Shown here piece by piece: positions 1 to 13,700 of a stretch of 64,000 nt of DNA (its first letter is position 1; the number at the start of each line of letters is the position of its first letter). Origin of the DNA: Tubiluchus corallicola (Eukaryota > Animalia > Priapulida); assembly GCA_030141605.1 (NCBI GenBank), contig JAQGDQ010002380.1:248001-312000 (forward strand), written 5' to 3'. The position numbers and the translations under genes are program-made. The notes beneath the pieces were generated by a model. The model saw nothing but the letters and a program-made list of their open reading frames with translations, was not told the DNA's origin and searched no databases.

Positions 1-715
1 AGGCAAGCTCTAAGATAAAAATTCACATTTCAAATTCACCTCTGTGCTCACACATAAGCTGTCTAACGTGTGTAGTTTGTCACAAACTAACACATGTAAA
101 CTGATAGGTACAGCACCTGTTTTTGTACAATGTATTTCCGAAATACAGACGCTACTGCCCATCCAACTACGAATGGCAAACAGCAAGGAACTAGTGACGC
201 GAAAGCGAAATTGTGTTTGTGTGGTGGTAATAATTGTTTCACGTAAGTCACTTTTGAAAAAAAGTATGTTTCCTTTGAATATTTTAAAGAGTAGTTTGTT
301 TTGACCTACAGTTTAAGATTGGGTCCAGTTTTGCTTTAAGAATTTAGTGCTCAGACATAGCTTTATTTCTCACACTTTTATGTATTATGTACCAGTTTGA
401 AACTTCAACATTTTTCCAAAAATGCAAAAAGTGACAAATTTAGACAATATACAAGTACAGATTTAATTTATATATTATTTAATTGGTATGTCGGACACAT
501 GAAAATCAACATGTTTTTTCAAAATATTCAGCATTAGTCTTTTTGAGTTTGCCTTCAACTCATATTATTGTCATTTGTCTCTTACTAAAAAATCAGTTAC
601 GTTCACTTAAGAACTCAAATTAATTAGAAGCTTCTGAATAAACTACACGGGTTTCCTCTTTACGAAACATTAGAAAAACCACAAAAGCTTATGATGTTTT
701 CTGGGACCATGATGA

Positions 716-823
716 CGTGGCTTGATTCTGATTATGTAAGTAATCTGATTATGCTATGACGTATAATATAATATGGCTTGATGTATATAATTCTGATTAT
801 GCTATGACATGTATAATATAATA
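716..823. repeat. Short imperfect tandem duplication downstream of the MTA stop codon
   Basis: TCTGATTATGCTATGAC(AT)GTATAATATAATA is repeated, as is TGGCTTGAT. Confidence 0.8.
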
Positions 824-1741
824 AAGACAGATTTTACTATTGCGAGTCAGCAGAGAGATAGCTTGTAAAAGCATCAGTAGAAAGAAATGGAAAGCAAAAT
901 ACGTTCAAATAAATACAATCAAATTGAAAATATTCGTCATTTCTGACAACCAAAAATACGTGTATTATTGTGCTGACATGATAATAAAGATGACTGAGAC
1001 ATCAAATACACCTTGCAAGACTGAAGACAATTTCAGACAATATTACATACGCAATAGATTACATAGGTCCCCATATTGATTTGATTACTGAGTGTAATCC
1101 GTAATAGGATACCCTGAACCTAGACCTGTGTGTGCATTTTCAATGAAATCAAATAACATGTATCCCCTAAAATACAACCACAAACATAAATGCAGGCCAT
1201 ATGAGTGCTTGATAAAGACACATAGAAAACATATGTGCAACAGTAATACAAAAACTGTGCTTAAATCAAGTCATCTAAACCAAAAATCATTAGTATTCTT
1301 CAAGGTTATATACAGATGTAACCAACATTTCACTAGTGGCACACAGTGTTTTCTAGGAACTTAATTTCTTAGTACAGATCTGTTTAGAAGTTACGAAAAT
1401 ATCCCTAGTCTATTGCTTCAGACTTAAAAGTAATTTTTTATAATATCAACTTATACAGGAACTATTCTTCAAGAAATGGACTATGACCCCCCTATTGTTT
1501 GGAAAGCTTCTCGGATCTTATCCTAAATACTGCACATTTCAAGCAATTTGTGAGACAAATTGTGGTCATCCCCAATAACAGAACAGGTTTGAATAAGAGC
1601 CTGGCATATGACACTCTGTGCCATCACCTTTGCAGAAAATGCTAAAATTAAAATTATTTACACAACTATAGCTATATGGAAAAGGGAAGAGTTAAGTGGT
1701 GTAGCCACGACTAAGCTTGCATTACAAGTAATGGGTTTAAA

Positions 1742-4700
1742 TTAGTCGAGAATGACGACTTGATCCGAGCGTCCAAAACCGGGAGTTTTCACGTTCACTC
1801 TTCGCCACGGTTTGCGAGCGATCTTTCTCAGTTCGATTCCAGTCAACTGTTTACGAACTTTCCTAAAAATAAGAAACAGCTCGAGCATAGGATACAAAAC
1901 GCGATGAATATACATCTACTGCTTTTAAATTTTAATATTTCTATTGTTTATAACACAAGTATGTCAACGAAATCTGGTAAAAAAATTCCATGTAACAAAC
2001 CTAGTATTATCAGTAGCATGGAAGTAGACATCATCGGGAGCCTCAACCCAGTTCAGTAAGTGTCTTTTTCCTGCGCGGTTCATCGAGATTTTATCCCGTC
2101 CGTTGAATCCATGTGCACCCATTCCCATCATAGCCTGCAGTCGCTGGGCACCGTACACGGCACTGGGACGCTGGAGAATTTGCCCAGTCTGAGGACTAGG
2201 AGCCAACACAGGACGCTTTGCTGGATGACCTATTAAAACAAAAAAGCAATGACTGTTATGGGCGATGTGACATTAATTTGCAATATCATGTACCTAATAA
2301 GAGGCTTACAGCATCTTTAATATAACTGTCAACACTGGACAATGGTTTGCAGACAATCACTAAAATAACTTGGGAAATTAAACTTGTAAATGTAAGAAAT
2401 GTAAAAATGTAAAGCCGAGAATCGAACATTTTATCGACTGTGTTCAACTGAATATAATCCAATTCACAATTCAATCCAACTAACAATTACGTTGAGTGTA
2501 CGTACTCCCCTTTAAACAAGAAAATTCTGTAACAATGAGCAACAGTCATTTTCCTCTGTAACCTATTGCATTTTTCATTATGACCGTCACTTGACCCCTG
2601 ACTAGATCATCATCTAGCATTTCTTTGCTACTTGGTACAATGCAATGAAACGTGTCATACAGAAACAAATATATTCAGTTTTCAGCAACATGATGGTCAC
2701 CTCGTATAAGGTTTCTTTGCCGTCTTTTTCAATTATTGATTAAATACAGCGGATTGGTTGGCTATTTTTGTCAAACCTCAACTACATCTTCTCATGGTCC
2801 TTAAGAAAAACTGATAAGCGATTGCCAATGTATTGACAAGCCAAGAAGGAACATGTAAGTTTTCGACAAGAGGCTGGTTAATAGTTGTACATTGATTTGC
2901 AGTTTTCCATCTGTCTTCAGGTCAGTCTTTTATCCTCTGTCCATTAGTGCTCACTTAACAGAATCTGATAAATGCTTGACAGAGTTTGGACAAAATCGTT
3001 GACATGTTCTAGCGCAAAAGCATCCTAAGGAACATCTCATCGTTCAAGTTTCGGACAATTATTGAAAATGTAGGTTTTACTTTGAAGGCAAAAAATTTAT
3101 AAGTACTTGGGAACATAAAGCATAAAAACAATTTTTAATCGATGATAAATGATCTGAACGCTAAATGGAATAAAAAATTACAAAATCTTAACACTAAGTT
3201 AATTCAATACGAGCTAATCCCAAACACAACCCTTCATTTATCTAATAGTACAGTATTAATGGCAGTGAGGGGTGGGGCACTCATTTTAAGCTGAAATCTT
3301 TAATAACAATGTAACTGCTGCTTACGATAATAGAAGCCGGGAGCTTAAATACAAAATTTTGTAGATTTATTCTATGAGTTAGCAATAAATTTAATACGAG
3401 CGCAGTACAGGGCGAACTTGGCAAATAGCCCATTGGTATAAATATAATCTGTAGAATATAATCGGTATAAATAATTGGCTACTGGATAAGTCTAATCAAT
3501 GTGATAAACAAAATGGAGAAAAAGTTTCACTGATATTTTAAGCTTAAATGTCCTGCCTTTACATCTATGAATAATGATGACAGACACTTGTTTTCGGCAG
3601 GAAGTGGCAATCAAAAAACATTACTAGTTGTTTGTAATTTAATACGCAAACGTTTTCTAAATAGGAAGGATTTACGGAATTTAATATTTATACATTTTAT
3701 TGTTACCTGATTTTGTTAAAGTGTTACTTGTGTATGTATAGTTGGGTTTATGGCATACATCAGGGTTTGATGTTGTTTTATAATATGTTATGTATCAATT
3801 TGTACTTATATTTCTTTTTGGCATTTTGTACGTAATGACCATGCACTCTGATAAATACACTTTCATTCAATAAATTATTTAAAATATTCAGATGATAATT
3901 AGTGTGATAATAATTTGAATTTTTTTCTCTCGACTCAGTATTTCTTCCTCCATAGAATGGTGTTGGTCCCATGTAAAATTGTGGTTGTGTACGCAAGAGA
4001 TAGAAAACATGTTTATTTTTAAAAAAACAAAACAATTATTTTATCGTCTGTTTATCGTACCAACCTTGCCGTTTTAATTTTACTTTAGTCAAAATGATTA
4101 ATCAGACAATAAACTTACTTAAAGGACAAAAAACTTTACTTACATAAAACTAAAAAAATCACCTTGAAATTTTGTATCACCTACATGCTGTCTTATTGCG
4201 TACAGAGCTTGTATTAGCAGCATCGCTAGATAAAACTTGAAAACTCCCGCGACGACCATCAGGTACAGCCATTTTAATGGCAGGTCATTTAAAATAAGTT
4301 GAAAAAATAATCAGAGCATTCGTAGCGCACATTTCACTAACTGAACAAAGGTACAAATTGCTGAAACTTGTCAAAAAGATTAAAAATAAGTTTTTTTTGG
4401 CGAGTTAGAAGTGCAAACTTGAAGGGTGAGCCAATGACATTTTACCAATTGGTGGCGAGAACACTACAATTTTCTTTCCCACTTACATACATTTTTCAAC
4501 TAAGCATGATGCAAAGTGCTATAACTTTGTGTGGCAAGTTTTTTGGGATTTAAAACTGCTCGTTATTCCACTTTAATTTCAAGCACCAGACTGATCTACT
4601 CAATATCACATTCCAAGAAACTAATCTAAGGAAACTTACCATCACCACCTGCATGATCAAATGCACGTTTCTTCATGATGGTGGGTGCCAAGTTACCAAT

Positions 4701-7700
4701 ACCTGTGCTGCCACCTGTAACCATTTCAGACATTCTCTGCAGTGGATCAGTTACAGAACGAGCAGGCCTGGCACTTTTACGCTCTGAAATAAATGTAAGA
4801 ATTGCAATCACCAATGCAATGCAATGCAGCAAACGTTAAATGATGCTCCAAGTCATAGGAAAAATCAAGCTGCACTAAGCATCTTGAACTCCCAGTAAGG
4901 TTCTTTTACCTTCTTAGATAAGCTACGTTTTGTCTAGGAATCGAGTGAATTCTACGAAAAACTGGAAAGCTAAATACAGAAATTTACAGTTTACAATGGC
5001 CCAGTCCATGAATGAACTTCGACAAATGTAAAGCTTTTGCTTGCATTTAGTCAAAGTACTTCCTTAAGACTGACTAAGTCAACCACACAAGCAATCTCAT
5101 CAGCCAAGACAGCTTTCTAGATGGATAAGCTACGCTCACTATTGAAAACAAAGTTCTTATTTGATGAAACATAATGATGTGAAATTTCCCCTTACTTGTC
5201 TAGTATTCGTGTTTCAAAAATTAGAGGTGGCAACATCCTTCAAATTAATTGACAAGCTTACGTGATACGCGGTCCTCCCGAGGCATTATCGCAGCGGGCT
5301 TGACGGGCGTGTCCCGAGACTCTCTAGTTGCAGTTCCTCCGGTAAGAACGTCTGGTTTGCCAGTTGATAAATCTATTCCCAAGCGTGCCACAATGTCGTC
5401 TGTTCCTGATCGCTTCTTAGCAACCATCTTGCCTATAATTACGTAAACACTGTACATGTATTATGGTGCAACTGTGATAGCTTAACAAAATCTACGCAAG
5501 CATGTAACATTTCAAAATGGCCAACCAAACCTATAAGACGAATCAATGACTTGAATTAAAATACTACATTACGGAGAGAAATAAGGCAATTCAAAGAATC
5601 AACTAAAGGGTGGGTTGTGCTAACGCATTATCTATTTTACAGTTGACTTAAACCTGCCACTCTGTACGACAGAGTGGATGCTCGTACAAACACATTATCT
5701 GACTTCTGCTCTCATCAAGGATTTGGATGGTTTCTAGATGAAGCTTACTCATGGAATGACCAGAATAGCAAAAACAGTTGCAGGTATAGTCTGGTTCTGA
5801 GGGTGCCCTCATCACTGAGTTCACGTCGGTGTAACTTAAGCCAGCCACAAAAAAATTGTTTCTGTCTTACCTCATCAACTCAAAAGATGGCAGCAGGAAG
5901 GGAAGAAAATTTTTTTTTAAAGCTTTGTGAATGTGAATCGTGGAATATCAATTTCATTTGAAATTGAAGTTTGTTTACTTTCCACTGGTTAGTAGTAATG
6001 CTTTAAATTTTTTCAATGCACATTTATCACGCTTTGATTTTTAGCTTTTTGTTTCACATTACTAAACTGTCGTACAGTATCAATTATCATGTAGTCTCTT
6101 TTTTGTATAGTACAAATATATGATCTGATAATCACGCCTAAGCGGCAGTACTACTCGGGCGTTAATAGCCATTAATATGCTGATTAGGCAGAAAAAATTA
6201 TACGTTCTAGCCTCCAATACAGTAATCAGCATCATACAAAATGGCAACCCTGGAGAGTTTGGCAACCCAAAAAACATGGATGCATCCTCGCTGAAATAAT
6301 AATTATTGCATTTTACATTTGAAATTAAAAAGAATGAGTCGGTGAGACTTAATAGGGAAAAGCTGGGAAGAAGAAGATTTGAAATTTAAAAAAATACTAT
6401 TTTACATGAGTGTGTCAGTATATGAACATACAAAAACAATTATAAAATTACCCGGGTGATTAGATGGAAACAGAAGTATTTTTACTGTCGGCCTTAGGCA
6501 TGAGAATCATAATTATTAATCCCCTCCTACATGCTTTGCCCACCCTATTGTCACAAAGTTTGTTAGGCCAACATTAACATGTTGTTTTTTAGTTTTTTTA
6601 TCTGCACCTGCGAGCGTTCAATGTAATAGTAGTATACTAGTACTTATAACTGTAGAACAGTAGCAGTGGGAAAGGCAGCAGCAACAATTACTGAGTTCAT
6701 TGCCTTTTAAATGTCTACTTAAAACAATGTGGGAATCAAGAAATGGCTTCACTCTACCAATCTATAATTTATAAACTAATAGAAATGGCTTCACTCTACC
6801 AATCTATAATTTATAAACTAATAGACTATTTACTCAGCAAAATGAAATATTTGTTATGGCTTTCATAACCTTACTTTGAATAAAATGGATGTATCCATAT
6901 AATCTGCTTAAAATGTATATGAAGTATGACTATCACACATTTTAATTAAACTGTAATTATGTTAACCAACCTAAAGGTTTGTCTTTATCAGCAGCAATCC
7001 TAGCTTGGCATTCTGCTTTAATCGCTGCTGCATTGATTGGTTCAAAAGGTTTTCGCCCGGCGTGTCGAACTCGCAACATGTCACCACACACTCTCCGAGC
7101 AAGACGAGTCAGAGGTGTAGTGTGCAGGCAGAATGCTGCCCGAGTCTTTACAATGGGACGAGGACTCCCGGAGCGCATCGCGAAGCCATGCATAGCTGCA
7201 CAGTGACGAACCAGCTGCGTGCGCATCTTAAACTCCTTTCCACAACCTGCAAATGAACAAATTTGAACGTGCAATCATAAACCAGGACTATGAAACAGCC
7301 AAAAGACTAAACATGAAAATGATTTCTTTGTTGATTCAAGAAGCCAGAAAATCAATAATGTTTTGATGCAAAATAAAAATGTTTCTTTCACAAAAAGTGC
7401 GAATGAGAAAAAAAATGAGAAAAACTGTGTTCTTTGTATTTATTTCCAGTCCTTTAAAACACTAGTTTTCATGAACTTTTTCAAGTATTTCCTAGCAAAA
7501 ATTTGCTCACATATGCAAAAATACCTCCATAACTGTAGTTCATTCAGCCTATCAGCACATGTGAAAATAAAGAGAAAACCATTAATAATTATGCTGGAAA
7601 TTTTGATAGAAGTGAGAGTTCAGTGGACAGGGTTCCTACAGAATTTTAAAATAAATTTCCATGACCTCCGAAACTTTTACCTGACCAAATATAGATTTTC

Positions 7701-10700
7701 CATGACGAAGATAAGCAGAAACTGTATTACCAGTAAACGTAATTAAACATTTTTATGTGTGGACATTCATACATATACTGATATATAATGTGTCTGCACA
7801 ATTGCAGTAGTGCTAACGAAATGACACTAATTACATTAAATAAACTTTCTTAATCCAATCATTATTTTTGGCACAGAAATTGAAACTGGGAGCCTGCCAT
7901 AGCAAAATTTTATTTGAATACGAATCGCTGAAAAATATGTTTGAAAAAATATCGGTCCATGGTGATTATTTTTGCAACGATTTCCAATTTCCCGGACTTT
8001 TCACCCCATTTTCATCATTTTCCCTGACTTTTCCATGACTTTCCAGGATAGCCTGCATTTTTAAGGATTTTCCCTGACCGTGGGAACCTGAGTGGAGCAT
8101 GCATGTGACGGAAAAGGAGAGTAAATATTTCTACTGACATTCATAAGTTCTTATCAAGGTTGTAGAGTTGTGTTTAATTTGACAAGATATATTCAATGTG
8201 AATTTTCTTTTATATTTAAAATAAATCGAGTCCAAAAAATGTTGCATGATTTTAATAAGTAAAACTGAACTGTTACTGTCACCTTGAATAATTTTCAACT
8301 CACCAAGAACACTGCATTTATATGTCTGCATCTGCATCTGAGCAGCCTGATTTTCTGCCTGCTCTAATCGGGTTGGCATTTTCAGGCCTCCGTACTTCTT
8401 CCAGTATGTCCAGCAGTTGGCACAAACACGACAGTGCAGGTGCGATGCACCCCAAGCATACCTGGGAAAAAAAACGTAAATAAAAATAGTGAAGTTCAAC
8501 ACAATAATTGCAGAAGAATTTAAAGTCAACAAACTGATCATTAGTGCCTTGGAATATTTTATACAATTTGCCACTCAGTACGCCAAGTTCAAGCCACTAG
8601 TAACAAGGATTATGTATTTTGACATGCATTTTTGAGGATAGAAGCTTCTCACAGTATCCTTTAAGATGAGAAATTGAACTGCTCATTTTTATTTATTTAT
8701 TTTTAGTTATTACGAAAACACCAAACAACAATACAATATAGCAAAACACATTACGATGACAAGGTGTACATAAGATTATATAATTACATTAATTTCATAA
8801 TAAAATTGGCATGACATGATATCATTAATGATGCAGGTGTTAGGGTGCAAAAAGGGAAGGTAAAAAATGATGGACTGATAGTGTAGGAGATGGGAATTAG
8901 TACGATTAGGTTAGTGAAATGATGTGGATTAGTTGAATATGAGATTGCTATTAAGACATTGCAAAAATATATATATATATTTATGAACAGAAGTACACTA
9001 TCGGCCAGTCTGTCACTCACTGTAAATCTGAACATACGCGTGAACATACTATACAAGGTCAACCTTTAATTCGCATTAAAGAATAAAGTTTTCAAACTTT
9101 TTTTGAATCTTGGTAACGACGAAGTTGAATTAGTACTTGCAGGTATTTTGTTCCGCATGGTTATTGTCTCTTTACCACATTTGGAAGCACTTATCTCAAG
9201 AAATCTCTGACAGATAAACCCAATTGCCAAAACAGCTTACCACTGATGTGAAACACTGGTAAAGCAGCTTTCACACGCACGAGAATCGACACCCTCAAAT
9301 CCATTTCTTTGGCCCTGAATTGCTGCAGGGTTAGGTTTGTTGTAGTTTGGAATGTACACTTGTTTCAACTTGCTTTCTGCCTCAACGGCTTTTACACGTT
9401 TCTGCTGTACATAACGGTCTGTTGTTTTCCACATGTAGTAGTATCTGAAATAAAAAAATGGATCACATAGAGTATAAAAAAACATAAAATTTTGAATGAT
9501 CACCCAACGAAAAGATCGACGCTGGTCTCCACCAACTATGGCTTCGAACAATAACCTTTATTGAAAAATACTAAGCTAGAAAATTAATGCAGTGTTTGTG
9601 TTCTTTTTAAACAACTTTCACTCTTATAATTTCCAAACACACTTTTTTATCAAAAAACCATTTTACCATATTTCCAAGAAACACTTAAGCTCTTAAAAGG
9701 TTTTTCAGACCTAATATTATATTACTACTCCTTGCAAAATAAAATTATGGATGTAAAATTGCAATCTAGCACCTGGATGTAAGGTATACCACTAATGTCA
9801 CACAACTACATAAGGTAAAAGCAAAAAAACTAACCAGTTCTTCATAATTTTAATGGCTACTCAAGCATCTGTTTATCTTAAGCAACAATTCAATGAACAA
9901 ACACTTCACAATTAAATAGTACAGCAGGAAATAAAGTTAAGATTATATACTAAAGAGTGATTGCTCTGAGTTCTAACAATTTCTCATCATTGTTTCATCT
10001 GCCATATTGGTGAACTGTTGACAAGTTGGCTTCTGGTAGTGAAATGTCGCAAATCTTAAATCTATAAACCAAATTTTCAACATTACTGTACATGCGCATA
10101 CTCTATAATGTTCTTTAAAGATTTCCATGGTAAGAAGTCTTGTCTAATGTCACCAAAATCTTTTCCGTATTTCTCAATGGCTTCTTCAAAAAGATTTGCT
10201 TCGGCAGCCGACCACTCCTCCATTTCATCGCGACACAAGACTGGGCCACTTGGTGGCACAAGTGTTGAAATTGCCTTTGAGAGATCGTAACCTATAAAAA
10301 ATACACTCTAGCAAGACGTTGTTAACCGCAAAAAAAATTAAAAGTACATTATTGTATTAATGTACACAAAAGTGCATTAATTATAATAACTGCAAACAGG
10401 TTAACTAAACTGTGTAAATAAAATTTAGCTATATTTTTCTATCTAATAAAAAATACCACTCTATAAATTACAGAAAAGTAACAACATGAGACAGGCTTTC
10501 CAACGTTCACTACGTTTCAAACTTCAATTATAGAAACCTTGATAAAATCCTCAAAAATCATACTCACTGCTAACACATACTGTGTTTTAAATATAGTAAT
10601 TTTTAAATAAAAACTGTCATTTCAAAGGCACCTTTACACTAACAACCAATAAATTGGTTGGTTACTATTAATTTAAGCAAGCTTAGACAAATTTTTTTAA

Positions 10701-13700
10701 GTTATATCGGATACAGTATATAGTTGCAGCTAGTACTTTGGCCAGAAATCTAAGCTCTCTAAAGCTAATACAGTAGGTGTCACTTAATAGACTCACTTTG
10801 GGACCGAAGTGTTTTTGTCCAATTAACCGACTGAACCTATTAACCGATGGGTACAGTATTACTGGTATAGAAGTATGAGTCAACAGCTTACTATGCACTG
10901 CAAATGTTTTAATGAATTTTAATGGATCTGCTGTTGTATGATCACGCATAAATTTTCGAAAGAAATACTTAGTGTTTGGCGTGCTTAAACTGTTAGTGGT
11001 GCCCGTGTTTCCCCGCAAGTAGCTTCGTCGGTAGGTTCGCCTAAGCTCCTGCTTGCTATAATTGTGACATACTTACTGTACTGTGTAACTACGGCCAAAT
11101 CACGTTGAAAACACCGGTTCTCATCTGATCACCGAAGTTAAGCAACATAGAGCCTGGTTAGTGCGCCTAGGAATACCAGGTGCTGTAGGCTTGCGGGATG
11201 CCCACACTGTATCTCGACACTAGGCAAGGAGCTGCACAAGCAGCCAAAGACTAGAGGGCGGAGGAGGTCAAGTGACTCAATGGCCATGTGTAGAGGAGTA
11301 AACCTTCCAAATCAGGAGTGGAGCCCCGAAGGCGGACCAGTGTGCAGTGTGCTCACTGACTCCGGCAGCTCCTGCAGCCAACTTGGTGCCAAACGTATCG
11401 CCCCGCTTTCCTTTGGACTACACCAGGGATGCCAGCAACTGTACTGTACCTGCATCCAGCAACATCTAACTGATAAGACATTCTGGCAAAAATAGTCAGA
11501 GCTTCAAAAACAAATCGCTAAGCAAGTGACTAAATGTTTAGCTTTCAAGAATTCTTGGGTAACCAGGTTAATTGCAGTGGCCAGGCGGGTCAAAGCAAAC
11601 CATTAGGCTAGCATATTAGCATATGATAAACGTTCCTGCTTATAAACAAAACGGTACTTAACATGATTGTTTCTTATGTATATTATAGGACAAAAGCGAA
11701 CTAAGATGATATAAAAGTCATAAAAGCTTATTAATCATGGGAAAGTGTCTTATTGAATCATGTGAAGCAAAAATATTGATTCAATTATGCAGAGTTATTT
11801 AAGTCAATTACCGACAGTATTTATGTACATTTCAATAGAAGTGGCCCGTACCAGGCGTTTTTGAGTCAATTAATTGATTGAGTCTATTAACCGTGAGTCA
11901 ATTAAGTGCACCTACTGTATCAATTTAATAACCCGCGCCTACAAAGTTATTAAAACAGAAAAGAAATATTAGCAAACTAATCAACTAAGGTGTTTACCGG
12001 ACAAGTGCAATACATTCATTGCATGGAATAAAGTTACATCTCTAGAAGCAGCAGCCGCGCTCATGTGCAGACTCGGCTGTTTGACCGTACTAGAACAATC
12101 TAAAGCACGAGCAAATGTTCCCACTGACCGAGCAATGACCATAAACTGGTCAATTTGAATATCAGATAATGGATTCTCTGGCGTGTAAATAAGACTTTCC
12201 AGTTCAGACACAACACGATTGTCAGATTCACCTAAAAACAGACAAACACATTAGTACAGCAAGTCTTCACTTAACGACGCTAATGCACTCCAGCAAAATG
12301 TGACATTAAGCGAAACGTCGTTAAACGAAACCAAGACTTCCATGGAAAGTAATGTAAAAGAATTGAGATACGTTCCAGAAGCAAAAATCGATGCTGCTTA
12401 AATTGTATACATCAAATGTTTTATGAGTTTTATTCATATTTCTACTGATTAATTGCCAGAAACCATCTATCTTTCTTACCAAAATCTAGCTAGACTGGAT
12501 ATGGGTCTATTGAAACCTGTATACAGACAGTTCACATTTAAACAATGCAAAGAGAAGGCCTAGCCCTGCATGAAGCCATCTTGAGGCAATTTCAGGAAGT
12601 ATTAATCTGGTTGTTATAGCAACAAGTTGCACACAAAATTCCTTGGCATCAAGTTTAAACTCAGGTGTCTGGAGACTGGATCGGCAAATAGATCTTCATA
12701 CAAGCGGCTAGAATTTAGTACGCAGATAGTTGGGAACCAAAAGCATTATAATAATTACACTGTTTGGGTTACTAATGTGCTTTTAGAACAAAATTATGCA
12801 ATTTGCATGGCTTTTATACTCCAAATTAGGCAAAAAAAAGTTGTTGATAAAAAATGGTTGTCAGCAACTTAAAAAATCGTCTTTAAAACGAAACGTGTGT
12901 CGTTAAGTGAGAAAATGGTGTCAAATGTTCAGCGGTGTTAAAACGAAACGTTGTTAAACGGGGAGTCGTTAAGCAAGGACTTGCTGTAAATGAGAACTGA
13001 AAAGATATGGCTTCAGAATAACAAGAAAGCTCTGAGGGCATTGTGTTCCGTGCAGATTGATTTGTGACATTTTGTTGCTATTTTCTCCCTTTCAAGTGCA
13101 AAAAGGAAAAGCTGACTAAATCACTGCACACGAAGCCATATCATAGTGCGATATCACGAACATTTCAGTGTTTTCTGAACTTAATCATGCGCTGAGTTGT
13201 CTGTATTTTTCAGATTAATGCAAATATATGTCATGTAAGCGAAGATCTTGGATAATCTATGACTTCATGCACCATTTTAATTCCTTTCTTTTTGCATTCA
13301 GTTGTCTCTGAAGTTTATACACTTGTCAAAGGCTCACTAAAACAATCTAGTAGAAAAAGCCTTCTGACTGCTTTTTTGCACTTTTTTTCTGAACTTTTTT
13401 AGTAAAAAACAGATCTGGCAATTGATAAGCGCACAAAAGCAGATGAGTCAAAATATTTTAGAGTGAAGACAATGTTGCGAGGTGCAACAAACATAAAACA
13501 TATTGCAATAAAACATCTCAGAAATGTGTTCAATACCGATATTACGATTCTTGTTTTTAGGCTGGTAAATTATAAGAAATATTTACATCAATTGCAAAAC
13601 ACACATTGCTTGAATGTAACAACTGAAAAGCTTATTCTCACAAAAAGTAATTTATGTAACATTAAATTACCTTCTCCAAGAAGGTTTTGTATCTCAGCTT

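Larger units (their letters stand above)
10771..11917. mobile_element. Non-autonomous Tc1/mariner-pogo (Tigger-like) DNA transposon
   Basis: TIRs CAGTAGGTGTCACTTAATAGACTCAC ... GTGAGTCAATTAAGTGCACCTACTG, flanked by TA on both sides (10769-10770, 11918-11919). Confidence 0.85.

Noticed and set aside
5648-5848. 66-aa minus-strand ORF as an extra MTA exon
   Set aside because: No MTA similarity, and the flanking exons (ending 6971, starting 5432) already join in phase.
5700-5880. Hammerhead ribozymes at the TGATGAG motifs
   Set aside because: They lack the core C of CUGAUGA and the CGAAA with correctly paired stems.
11089-11192. Functional 5S rRNA gene
   Set aside because: An internal deletion removes box C, there are several substitutions and no T-run terminator, and it is a single copy inside a MITE.
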